A DNA stretch of 64,000 nucleotides from an uncultured Gammaproteobacteria bacterium (GTDB lineage: Bacteria; Pseudomonadota; Gammaproteobacteria; Steroidobacterales; Steroidobacteraceae). Made by a program: the position numbers and the translations under genes. Below, in pieces: positions 1-8,206 of this stretch; positions within the stretch are counted from its first letter, which is position 1, and the number at the start of each line of letters is the position of its first letter. Under the pieces are notes generated by a model. That model did no database searches and had not been told where the DNA came from. It was given only the letters and a program-made list of their open reading frames with translations. The stretch covers positions 253,159 to 317,158 of the forward strand of contig CAVYCL010000014.1 in assembly GCA_963766915.1 (NCBI GenBank), read 5' to 3'.

Positions 1-615
1 CGCGCGAAAGCCCAGGTCCTCGAGCTCGAGCTTCACCGCATACAGGCCGAGGCGCTCGGCGATGGGCGCGTAGATCTCGAGCGTCTCGCGCGCGATGCGC
101 CGCCGCTTCATGGGCGGCATCACGCCGAGCGTGCGCATGTTGTGCATGCGATCGGCGAGCTTCACCATGATGACGCGGATGTCGCGCACCATGGCGAACA
201 GCATCTTGCGGAAGCTCTCGGCCTGCGCCTCCTGGCGATTCTTGAACTGGATCTGATCGAGCTTGCTGACGCCGTCGACGAGATCGGCGACCACCTGGCC
301 GAATATCGACACGATTTCCGCCTTGGCGGTCGGCGTGTCCTCGATCACATCGTGCAGGATCGCGGCGACCAGGGTGTCGGCGTCGAGCTTCAGATCGGCG
401 AGGATGTCGGCGACCGCGACCGGATGGGTGATGTAGGGCTCACCCGAGACGCGCTTCTGACCTTGGTGGCGCTCGGCGCCGAAATCGTAGGCCTCGCGCA
501 CGCGCTCGACTTGCGCGGGGGGCAAATAGCCTTCGAGCTTATCTAGGAGCTGGCTGATCCCCGTGGTACGTCTTCCACCGGGTAAGAATCCGAGTATGGA
601 AGACGCATAATCCAT
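1..615 (-). CDS. spoT: bifunctional (p)ppGpp synthetase/hydrolase SpoT/RelA family, N-terminal part (partial; continues beyond window start)
   Basis: The minus-strand frame is open to the window edge. Translation MDYASS..ISQLLDKLEGYLPPAQVERVREAYDFGAERHQGQKRVSGEPYITHPVAVADILADL..AAILHDVIEDT..MVKLADRMHNMRTL matches the HD hydrolase domain of RelA/SpoT proteins. It lies directly downstream of rpoZ in the classic gmk-rpoZ-spoT order. The ATG at 615 is tentative. Confidence 0.9.
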   Translation of the reverse strand, partial: MDYASSILGFLPGGRRTTGISQLLDKLEGYLPPAQVERVREAYDFGAERHQGQKRVSGEPYITHPVAVADILADLKLDADTLVAAILHDVIEDTPTAKAEIVSIFGQVVADLVDGVSKLDQIQFKNRQEAQAESFRKMLFAMVRDIRVIMVKLADRMHNMRTLGVMPPMKRRRIARETLEIYAPIAERLGLYAVKLELEDLGFRA

Positions 616-633
616 CGGTGCCTGGGGGTGTGT

Positions 634-912
634 TTAGTCCCCTAAGCCAAGCTGCGGAGCGCGGAAGTCCGACGGAATCTCCATATCGTTCGTCGGCTGC
701 TGCACCGGCTCTTCGGGTTCCTCGAGCATCTCGAGCGTGATGTTGCCCGCCGCGATTTCGCGCAGTGCAACCACGGTCGCCTTGTCGTTTTCCCATTCGA
801 CGGTCGCTTCCGCGCCGTTCGCCAGGCGCCGTGCGCGCTTGGCCGCGAGCAGCACCAGATTGAAAAGATTCGGCTCGTTCTGCAAACAATCCTCGACGGT
901 AATCCGCGCCAT
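634..912 (-). CDS. rpoZ: DNA-directed RNA polymerase subunit omega
   Basis: 92-aa [33 protein letters not shown].. has a typical omega N-terminus and sits between gmk and spoT. Confidence 0.95.
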   Translation of the reverse strand: MARITVEDCLQNEPNLFNLVLLAAKRARRLANGAEATVEWENDKATVVALREIAAGNITLEMLEEPEEPVQQPTNDMEIPSDFRAPQLGLGD

Positions 913-1009
913 GGCTCTTCGGGGTTCGTTAAATGGATTGCCAGCATAGCAGAGAACCCACCCCTCCGCCCAGCGGCGGGGCGGCCGGTGCTGGGGCCGG
1001 GCCGCCGGC

Positions 1010-1633
1010 TTAACCCAGCAATTCCACGGCCAGCCGGGCCACCTGGGGGCGGCTGCCCCGCAGCGCCTCGCCCTTCTCGCGGACGATGGCCTGAAAATCG
1101 GTCACCGCCTGCTCGAAGCCGTCGTTGATCACCACGTAGTCGAATTCTATCCAGTGGGCGATGTCGCGCTGCGCGTCCTGGAGGCGGCGCCGGATCACGT
1201 CCGGGGAGTCGGTGCTGCGCGCCGTGAGGCGCTCCTCGAGGGCGCGACGCGTCGGCGGCAAGATGAAGATGCTGTGTGCCGTCGGCATGCTTGCGCGCAC
1301 CTGCCGCGCGCCCTGCCAGTCGATCTCGAGCAGCAACAGCTTCCCCGCCGCCAGCGCCTCGCGCACGGTCGCGCTCGCCGTGCCATAGAAGTTGTCAAAC
1401 ACCTGCGCGTGCTCGAGGAACTCGCCCCGCTCGACCATCCGCTGAAACTCGTCCGGGGTGATGAAATGATAATCGCGGCCCTCGACCTCGTTGGTCCGCG
1501 GCGCGCGTGTCGTGTAGGAGACGGAAAAGCGCAGCTCCGGCTCGCGCGCCATCAAAGCCTTCACGAGACTGGTCTTGCCGGCCCCGGATGGCGCAGAAAC
1601 GACGTAGAGCCGTCCGTGAGACTGCATACCCAT
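1010..1633 (-). CDS. gmk: guanylate kinase
   Basis: 207-aa ORF with P-loop [11 protein letters not shown] and guanylate kinase motifs (SYTTRAPR.., [12 protein letters not shown]). Confidence 0.95.
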   Translation of the reverse strand: MGMQSHGRLYVVSAPSGAGKTSLVKALMAREPELRFSVSYTTRAPRTNEVEGRDYHFITPDEFQRMVERGEFLEHAQVFDNFYGTASATVREALAAGKLLLLEIDWQGARQVRASMPTAHSIFILPPTRRALEERLTARSTDSPDVIRRRLQDAQRDIAHWIEFDYVVINDGFEQAVTDFQAIVREKGEALRGSRPQVARLAVELLG

Positions 1634-1640
1634 GCGATTA

Positions 1641-1657
1641 CGCTATCCGAGGTTCAC
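1641..1657 (-). repeat. most decayed copy (DR0) of the yicC 3'-end core, 9 nt upstream of the gmk ATG
   Basis: The minus strand reads GTG AAC CTC GGA TAG CG, versus native yicC GTG CAG AAC ATC GAA TAG CG. That is 15/17 identical after a 3-nt gap, with the stop codon in the same position. Confidence 0.4.
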
Positions 1658-2096
1658 TTTGTTCGGGCCACTACGGCGCCCGCAAGTGTAGCCTCGTCCC
1701 GCGCGACAGACCACCTTGCGATCGAGGAAAAATGCGGGTCACGGAGCGGCCGCTACCTGCCCGCGGTAAACTGCGAGCCGCTAAGACGGACAGATCACAA
1801 TTATGCGGGATGCACGGATCGCGCTTCATATGGAGCCTCGTCTGCAAGGCGTCAGTGGGCGCTCTCATTGCTATCCGCGGCGGCGGGGTGTGCCACGCAC
1901 TCGCATAAATAGCGGTGAATGAGCTAGTTAAGAGAGCGGCATCTTGTGGCGCAAGGAATTGATTCTTCTATGGTGCACCGGCGCCGATGCTCGTATTAGG
2001 AAAGTTTGCGAATTGATTCTCGGAAGCGGTCGGTAATATCCGGTGCTTGGGGTCGCTCTGATTATCCGCCATCCGCGCGAACGGTGTAGGGTACTG

Positions 2097-2765
2097 ATGA
2101 TGAGCCCGCACGATGTTGAGCATCACACATCGCCAGAGCTTCTCTCACGCGTGGACCACCTCGTCTACGCGGCTGGCGACCTCTGTCGAGGCATCGCCGA
2201 GATCGAGCAGTTACTCGGAATCCGCGCGAGTTTAGGTGGACGACACCGCATCTGGGGTACGCAAAACGCGTTAGTAGGCTTGGGGTCGAGGTGCTATCTG
2301 GAGATAATCGCCCCGGATCCTGAGTATTCGCCCAGCGCGAGAGCGCGTCCATTTAATCTGGATCAGGATGCGCCCTCTCGTCTGGTCGCCTGGGCCGCAA
2401 ATGCGACCGAACTCGAACTACTACGGGCCGCCGCTTTTCGGTCCGGAGTGACGCTTGGCGATGTGCAGTCTGGCAGCCGGCAACGGCCGGACGGTATCGT
2501 ATTGCGCTGGACGCTAACGGATCTGTGCTGCGTTGTCGCTGACGGAATCATTCCGTTCTTCATTGATTGGGGGCCGTCATTCCATCCTGCGCCTACCGCA
2601 GCTGCTGGTGCGGCACTCGCAAGTCTGCGCGCGCAGCATCCCAATGCTGGCCAAGTAAGCGAGATGCTTCGCGCACTCGCGCTGCCGCTTTCCGTAACGA
2701 TCGGGCGTGGACCGGCCTTGATCGTTGAAATCGATTCTCCGAAGGGCCGAGTGCTGCTCTCGTAG
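2097..2765 (+). CDS. VOC/glyoxalase-like domain protein (Glyoxalase_3-type)
   Basis: The ORF contains VDHLVYAAGDLCRGIAEIEQLLGIRASLGGRHRIWGTQNALVGLGSRCYLEIIAPDPE, typical of glyoxalase-like domain proteins. The start is uncertain (GTG at 2043 or ATG at 2097). It lies in the AT-richer islet. Confidence 0.75.
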   Translation: MMSPHDVEHHTSPELLSRVDHLVYAAGDLCRGIAEIEQLLGIRASLGGRHRIWGTQNALVGLGSRCYLEIIAPDPEYSPSARARPFNLDQDAPSRLVAWAANATELELLRAAAFRSGVTLGDVQSGSRQRPDGIVLRWTLTDLCCVVADGIIPFFIDWGPSFHPAPTAAAGAALASLRAQHPNAGQVSEMLRALALPLSVTIGRGPALIVEIDSPKGRVLLS

Positions 2766-2874
2766 ATGCTGCCCGTACGGGCTACCCCGATTGTACGAAG
2801 GGCCTACAGACGTTCGCGGGGGAGTTGAGGAGAATTCGCCCAACGCTGTTGGAATTGCTCTTTACGGCGTATCG

Positions 2875-2915
2875 CTCCCCCCGAGCCGTCTACAAAGCGC
2901 CTCGGGGGGAGTTTT
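2875..2915 (+). terminator. rho-independent terminator after the VOC gene
   Basis: Perfect 11-bp inverted repeat CTCCCCCCGAG..CTCGGGGGGAG followed by TTTT. Confidence 0.6.
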
Positions 2916-3003
2916 CGACTCGCGCAGCAGCATGCCGCAATGCCCTTCTACTGCAGGCGGTCGTCCGCGTTCTCTCAGCAGCCCATCTTGAGCGGAGTGG
3001 TAC

Positions 3004-3330
3004 ATGATCGGCGTATTCGTGACGTTTCGCTACGCGGACAAGTTCGACGAGCAAGCCGTGCGGAAGATCGCTGAGACCACACGCGTAAAGTTTGAAGGAA
3101 TGCCGGGCCTACGCTCAAAGGCATTCACACTCAATTCCGGAGAGCGTGAGGCCGCGAACTTCTACGTTTGGGATTCAGAGGACGCAGCAAAAGCGTTCTT
3201 CACGGATCAGTTGCTCGAGCGCGTGGCCGGTCTCTACGGAGTGCGCCCTAGCGTCGAGTTCGTACAAATTGCGGCACTCGTGGAGAACCGGGAACACGAG
3301 CGAGGGCCCCGGCGGATCCCACCGGCTTAG
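3004..3330 (+). CDS. YdhR-like putative monooxygenase (small dimeric alpha-beta barrel protein)
   Basis: 108-aa ORF MIGVFVTFRYADKFDEQAVRKIAETTRVKFEGMPGLRSKAFTLN..ANFYVWDSEDAAKAFF resembles the YdhR family. Confidence 0.65.
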   Translation: MIGVFVTFRYADKFDEQAVRKIAETTRVKFEGMPGLRSKAFTLNSGEREAANFYVWDSEDAAKAFFTDQLLERVAGLYGVRPSVEFVQIAALVENREHERGPRRIPPA

Positions 3331-3332
3331 GA

Positions 3333-3355
3333 CGCTACTCGATGTGCCGCACGCG
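3333..3355 (-). repeat. decayed copy (DR1) of the yicC 3'-end core
   Basis: The minus strand reads CGC GTG CGG CAC ATC GAG TAG CG, versus native CAG GTG CAG AAC ATC GAA TAG CG (18/23). It sits immediately after the ydhR-like stop. Confidence 0.55.
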
Positions 3356-3398
3356 CGAAGTGCGCTTTCGCGAGACCGTTTCGCGATTGCAAAATAAT

Positions 3399-3761
3399 TT
3401 AGGAGGAGCGTCTGGCGAGCTCGGCATCGGGCAGCACACGTTGGCCGCGAAGCACGCGGACGGCGCCGGCGATCTGTTCGGGAGCGATTGGTTGCGCATG
3501 GGAGTTCCCAAGCTCCGGGGTTACGAGTCGGAGCGGCGCGATCGCAAGGGCGTAACCATTTTCTCGCCGCGCTCGATTTCCAGCAGCCTCGTGCACGTTT
3601 CGAGCGCGGTTTTGCGCTCCGCAAAATAATCGTGCGTGTTGTACACGCCCTAAAGGCCGGGGAGTTGTCGTCGAGGCAACGCTCGGCCACCTCGCTGCGA
3701 ATGTAGCTACGCGCCCAGATGGCGCGGCAGGTCCTCGAAGTCCATGGACGCTGTTCGTCAA
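3399..3761 (-). pseudogene. decayed gene remnants, including a truncated ORF6N/KilA-N-like N-terminus
   Basis: Coding potential on the minus strand is broken over three frames. One frame ends ..PIAPEQIAGAVRVLRGQRVLPDAELARRSS*, which resembles the ORF6N N-terminal motif I..IRGQ+VMLD.DLA.LYGV but is cut after about 35 aa. No intact ORF remains. Confidence 0.4.
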
Positions 3762-3822
3762 TAATTGCCTGGTTTATAGAGAAATGCGAGCGATGGCGCG
3801 GCGGGCGCAAACAGCTCTGGAA

Positions 3823-3844
3823 GCTACTCGATGTTCTGCACCTG
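3823..3844 (-). repeat. near-perfect copy (DR2) of the yicC 3'-end core
   Basis: The minus strand reads CAG GTG CAG AAC ATC GAG TAG C, 21/22 identical to the native yicC end at 5182-5203. Similarity stops abruptly upstream of the core. Confidence 0.7.
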
Positions 3845-3963
3845 TTCGTGGGTACCGTTCATAGCTGTTGATCGTACACCGATCGAGGTTTGCTGCGCAT
3901 AGCTGCGGCCTAGCCACGCGGGCTGGAGGCCTTCGGCGTCGACCGCAGCCTGCCGGCGGCACT

Positions 3964-4230
3964 CTAGCGGCTCTGCACTTTCTCCTGCAGCCATACCTTG
4001 ATCAGCGACTGATACGGAACGTCCCTCGCATTGGCGGCCACCTTGATCGCGTCCAGCAAGTGCTGCGGTAGCCGCAGAGAAATGGTCTTCGTCGACGGCT
4101 TGAGGTTGGGGAAGGCCGCGGGTCGTGCCTTTCCCCAGTCGAGATACTCCGTGGAATCGTTCACCTCCCAAAACTTTCTCTCAGCCGCTTCGCTTGAGAA
4201 TTTAGGAATGGTCTTTTGGCGCTTGCTCAT
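3964..4230 (-). CDS. brnA: BrnA antitoxin (CopG/RHH-type)
   Basis: 88-aa ORF ..FWEVNDSTEYLDW..KTISLRLPQHLLDAIKVAANARDVPYQSLIKVWLQEKV is typical of the BrnA family. It overlaps the upstream brnT by 29 nt. Confidence 0.85.
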   Translation of the reverse strand: MSKRQKTIPKFSSEAAERKFWEVNDSTEYLDWGKARPAAFPNLKPSTKTISLRLPQHLLDAIKVAANARDVPYQSLIKVWLQEKVQSR

Positions 4231-4513
4231 AAACTACCCTTTCCTTCCTCGACATGTCCCGAGCCGATATCACTCGGATTGCGGTGCCCTCACGCCGCAG
4301 CGTGAATGTCAGATGCAGACGCCTACCGGCTGCCGTGACACCGAGCGCATGGTACCGAGGCTCCTCCTGGCTGTGAGGTTCATCATCGAGCAGCAGGAGC
4401 GGTGTGGAGAAAAACACCTCCTCTGCCTCGCCCGCAGAAACCCCATGACGCTCGTTCTTGCGGGCATTCCCCGCGTCCCAGTCGAACTCAGTGATCTTCG
4501 ATAAGTCGATCAA
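4202..4513 (-). CDS. brnT: BrnT ribonuclease toxin (DUF497)
   Basis: 103-aa ORF ..FDWDAGNARKNERHGVSAGEAEEVFF...RVISARDMSRKER matches BrnT/DUF497 hallmarks. Confidence 0.85.
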   Translation of the reverse strand: MIDLSKITEFDWDAGNARKNERHGVSAGEAEEVFFSTPLLLLDDEPHSQEEPRYHALGVTAAGRRLHLTFTLRREGTAIRVISARDMSRKERVVYEQAPKDHS

Positions 4514-4517
4514 GGCT

Positions 4518-4536
4518 GTATATTACCGTAATATAC
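4518..4536. promoter_or_regulatory. perfect palindrome GTATATTAC-C-GTAATATAC, candidate brnTA operator
   Basis: 9-bp arms with a 1-nt centre, starting 5 nt upstream of the brnT start codon. TA antitoxins commonly autoregulate through such palindromes. Confidence 0.5.
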
Positions 4537-4606
4537 CGGCACGGCAAACCGCTCGGGGATGGAGGGCCGGAAACCCAGGGCGCACGTCAGAGGAGGATCG
4601 GAAAGG

Positions 4607-4834
4607 TCATCTCTTTAGTGGGTCATTAACCGAGGATCTAACCTCATCCCATGACATAACGTCCGTCGGATCGGTCTCATGGTCAGCTAAGCGCCGATCC
4701 AGTTCGCGCTGCGGCTCCGTCAGCGAAACGGCCTCACCATGCGCCGCCATGCTGACCCAAAGCTCCTCGGCAAGTGACAGCCGCTCTTCGAGCCTAAGTC
4801 GATCTAGTCCAAGCGACTTTATTGAAATTGCCAT
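4607..4834 (-). CDS. addiction-module antitoxin component (TIGR02574/Unstab_antitox-like), no cognate toxin adjacent
   Basis: MAISIKSLGLDRLRLEERLSLAEELWVSM..LTEPQRELDRRLADHETDPTDVMSWDEV fits this antitoxin family. Only about 90 nt separate it from brnT, so there is no room for a RelE/ParE-type partner. Confidence 0.7.
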   Translation of the reverse strand: MAISIKSLGLDRLRLEERLSLAEELWVSMAAHGEAVSLTEPQRELDRRLADHETDPTDVMSWDEVRSSVNDPLKR

Positions 4835-5014
4835 ATTTCCAACCTGCACCCACCCCCACCGCGCATGCAAACCGAGAACATAGCGCGCACGTCCAACGTC
4901 CAAGTTGAGCGGGACGAGGCCGCGTGTCCGCTCTAACGCAAGTTAGACACCTGCCATGTTTGACGCATCCAACACACGCGGCCGCAACGATATGCCAAAG
5001 CTCTCGCACAAGCC

Positions 5015-5052
5015 GCGTAGCTAGAAAATCTAGCTACGCATTTAGCTACGCA
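5015..5052. repeat. inverted repeat GCGTAGCTAG-AAAAT-CTAGCTACGC plus a direct repeat of TAGCTACGCA
   Basis: Perfect 10-bp arms at 5015-5024 and 5030-5039. The decamer TAGCTACGCA occurs at 5031-5040 and again at 5043-5052. Confidence 0.5.
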
Positions 5053-5181
5053 ACCAGCCACGACAGTAGCCCCGACAAGGGAAAACGTCCAGAGACAATA
5101 ACTATCGCAAAACCCTAGTTTTGCAGGGGTTTCGCCCACTTTCGCAGGACAACCCGCGACACCCCCACGACAGCGGAAAAC

Positions 5182-5203
5182 GCTATTCGATGTTCTGCAC
5201 CTG
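5182..5203 (-). repeat. native yicC 3'-end core (DR3), reference copy of the repeat family
   Basis: The minus strand reads CAG GTG CAG AAC ATC GAA TAG C, the last codons plus stop of the full-length yicC. Confidence 0.7.
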
Positions 5204-6047
5204 CTCACGCATCTGCTCGATCAACACTTTCATGTCGACGGCAGCGCGGGTCGTCTCGATGTCCTGCGACTTGGATGACAGGGTGTTCGCCTCGCGATTC
5301 AGCTCCTGCATGAGGAAGTCGAGGCGCCGGCCCGCAGGCTCCTGGCCGGAGAACGCTTTGCGCACCTCGGCGACGTGACCGCGCAGCCGGTCGATTTCCT
5401 CGTCGACGTCGAGACGTTGCGCGAGGATGGCGAGCTCCTGCTCCAGCCGGTCGTGATCGACATCCGCCGTGAGCTGAGCGATGCGGTCGAGCAGCTTGGC
5501 GCGCATCCGGGCACGCACTTCCGGCAAGCGCTCCGCCACGCGGCCTGCAAATTCCATGAGCCCGGCGCAGCGCAGCTCGAGCGCCTCGCGCAGCCGGCCG
5601 CCCTCGCTGTCGCGGAACCGTGAGAGGTCAACGAGCGCTTCGCCGAGCAGCGCCTGCGCCGCCGCGATGAGCGCGGCGGAATCGCGGGTTTGATCGCGCA
5701 CCACGCCCGGCCAGCGCAACAGGTCGAGGACCTCGATGCGTGCCGCCGGGCCGGCCTGTCTCGGCGAGCTTGAGCGCCCGCTGCGTGAGGGCCCCGAGCA
5801 CCTCGGCGTCGATCTCGAGCGCGCCCGTGACCGTTGCCGGACGAAAATGCAGCGAGCACTCCACCTTGCCGCGCCGAACTGCGCTCGAGATGGCCTGCCG
5901 GAAATCGGCCTCGGCGGCCCGGAACTCCTCAGGCAGCCGGCAGCCAACTTCGAGATAACGATGGTTGACGGTCTTCAATTCCCATGCGAGCTGACCCCAC
6001 GGATATTGGCGTTCGCGCCGCGCAAAGCCGGTCATGCTACGAATCAT
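5183..6047 (-). CDS. yicC: YicC family stress-induced protein, with one apparent frameshift near 5755
   Basis: The N-terminal frame reads MIRSMTGFARRERQYPWGQLAWELKTVNHRYLE... The C-terminal frame reads ..LDLLRWPGVV..LDVDEEIDRLRGHV..GRRLDFLMQELNREANTLSSKS..MKVLIEQMREQVQNIE. Both are classic YicC segments in frames offset by one base. Confidence 0.85.
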
Positions 6048-6112
6048 AGGGGTCTCGAGCCGAAATCGGCCATAATTCGGGGCGAGTCTATCGGAGCCCG
6101 TAGGAGCTGTCA

Positions 6113-6860
6113 TTGCAGATCGAGACCGCGGATGTGAGCTTGATCGGCCATCGCGAAGAGAACCAAGATCGCGTCGCGGTGGCGGCGGGAGAGCATGCCG
6201 TGCTGCTTGCGGTCATCGACGGTATGGGCGGTCATGCCGAAGGAGCGCGCGCCGCGGAGACCTCGCTCGCGACCCTGATCGAGGCGTTCTGGCAGACGCC
6301 TCATCCGATATTCGATCCGCTCGGGTTCCTGCATCTGTCGCTCGGCCGGGCGCACGAGGAAGTCGTGAAGCTCGGCGTCGGCCTCGAGCGTCGAGGCGCG
6401 TCCGCGCGCCACGTGCGCCGTGTGCCTGGTACAGGACTCGGCGGCCTATTGGGCGCACGTCGGTGACAGCCGGGTTTATCAGCTGCGTCAATCCAGGGTG
6501 CTGGAGCGCACCCGCGATCATAGTCATGTGGAGGTGCTTTTGCGCGAAGGACTGATTACCGAGGCCGAAGTGCAGGGACACCCCATGCGCAACTACGTCG
6601 AATGCTGCCTGGGCGGCGATGCCGCACTGCCGGAGATGAGCATCTCCTCGCGGCGGCGCCTCAAGTCCGGCGACGTGCTCCTGCTCTGCACCGACGGGAT
6701 GTGGGCCAACTTGAAAGATCAGGATTTCGTGCGCTTCGCGCAAACGTCCGGCAAGCCCTTGCGCGACTCGCTCACGGATCTCGGCACGCAGGCGGTCGCC
6801 GCCTCCGCGCCCTACAGCGACAACACCAGCGCCGCCGCGCTGCGCTTCAAGGCCGCATGA
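6113..6860 (+). CDS. PP2C-family Ser/Thr protein phosphatase, with one apparent frameshift near 6395
   Basis: ..[21 protein letters not shown].. then, in the +1 frame, ..[21 protein letters not shown].. are PP2C motifs. Start is TTG at 6113; the stop overlaps the rph ATG. Confidence 0.8.
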
Positions 6861-7579
6861 GCGTGCGACCGAGCGGTCGCGCGCCCGACGAGCTGCGGCC
6901 CTTGAGCTTCGTGCGCGGATACACGGCGCACGCCGAAGGCTCGGTGCTCGTGGGATTCGGCGGGACCCGCGTGCTGTGCACGGCGAGCGTCGAGGACGGC
7001 GTGCCGCCGTTCCTGCGGGGCAAGGGGCAGGGCTGGGTAACCGCCGAGTACGGCATGCTGCCGCGCGCGACGCACACGCGCAGCGCGCGCGAGGCGGCCC
7101 GCGGCAAGCAGAGCGGCCGGACGCAGGAAATTCAGCGCCTGATCGGCCGCGCGCTGCGCGCGGTGGTCGATCTCAAGGCCTTGGGCGAGCGCACCGTCAC
7201 GCTGGACTGCGACGTGCTGCAGGCGGACGGCGGAACGCGCACCGCCGCGATCACCGGCGGATTCGTCGCGCTCGCCGATGCCATCGACACGTTGATCAAG
7301 CGGCGCGCGTTGAGCGCGAATCCGATCCACGGACAGGTCGCCGCGATCTCCGTGGGGATCTATCGCGGCATCCCGGTTCTCGACCTCGATTACGCCGAGG
7401 ACTCGAACGCCGAGACCGACATGAATGTCGTGATGAACTCGGGCGGCGCCTTCGTCGAGGTGCAGGGTACGGCCGAGGGACATGCGTTTCGCCGGCATGA
7501 GCTCGATCAATTGCTCGACCTCGCCACGCAGGGCATTGCGCGGTTGCATGAAGCACAGCAGAGCGCCCGCACCGCTTAA
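6857..7579 (+). CDS. rph: ribonuclease PH
   Basis: [72 protein letters not shown] is near-textbook RNase PH. Confidence 0.95.
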   Translation: MSVRPSGRAPDELRPLSFVRGYTAHAEGSVLVGFGGTRVLCTASVEDGVPPFLRGKGQGWVTAEYGMLPRATHTRSAREAARGKQSGRTQEIQRLIGRALRAVVDLKALGERTVTLDCDVLQADGGTRTAAITGGFVALADAIDTLIKRRALSANPIHGQVAAISVGIYRGIPVLDLDYAEDSNAETDMNVVMNSGGAFVEVQGTAEGHAFRRHELDQLLDLATQGIARLHEAQQSARTA

Positions 7580-8190
7580 AGATCTGGTGATCGCCACCGC
7601 CAATCCCGGGAAGCTGCGCGAGTTCCAGGCGCTGCTTGCGGGCTTGCCGTTCGTGCCGGTTGCGCAGCGGGCCCTTGGTCTTGACGACTCCCGCGGAGAC
7701 CGGTATCACGTTCGCCGAGAATGCACTGCTCAAGGCGCGTCACGCCGCGGCCGCGAGCGGTGCGGCCGCGATCGCCGATGACTCGGGGCTCGAGGTCGAT
7801 GCGCTCGGCGGCGCACCGGGCATCTACTCGGCCCGCTACGCGGGCGAGGCCGCGGGGGATGCGGCCGCCGTGGATGCGGCCAATAACGCGAAGCTCCTGG
7901 CCGCCTTGCAGGGCGTGCCGTTCGCATCGCGCCGCGCCCGCTACCGCTGCGCGCTCGTCTACGTGGACGGCCCCGGTGAGGTCGCGCCGCTGCATGCCGA
8001 GGGCGTGTGGGAGGGCTACATCCTCGAGGCGCCGCGCGGCTCCGGTGGATTCGGTTACGACCCTTACTTCTGGCTGCCCGAGCTCGAGATGACGGCGGCG
8101 GAGCTCGACCCCGAGCGCAAGAATCGCCTGAGTCACCGCGGCACGGCGCTCAAGGCGCTGCGGCGCGCGCTCGCCGAGCGTCTGCGATGA
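7548..8190 (+). CDS. rdgB: dITP/XTP pyrophosphatase RdgB, with one apparent frameshift near 7690
   Basis: [18 protein letters not shown].. then, in the +1 frame, [52 protein letters not shown]. The start is uncertain (ATG at 7548 overlaps rph). Confidence 0.8.
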
Positions 8191-8206
8191 GCGTGGGGCA
8201 CCTGCC

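Noticed and set aside
3824-4171. A 115-aa minus-strand ORF overlapping brnA.
   Set aside because: Only its last 6-8 codons (..EQVQNIE*) are meaningful, as a displaced copy of the yicC end. The rest has no coding signature and overlaps the well-supported brnA gene in another frame.
4516-4536. A LexA/SOS box, because the site begins CTGTATAT.
   Set aside because: The 3' half lacks the ACAG element. The sequence is better explained as the 9-bp-arm palindrome GTATATTAC-C-GTAATATAC acting as a TA operator.
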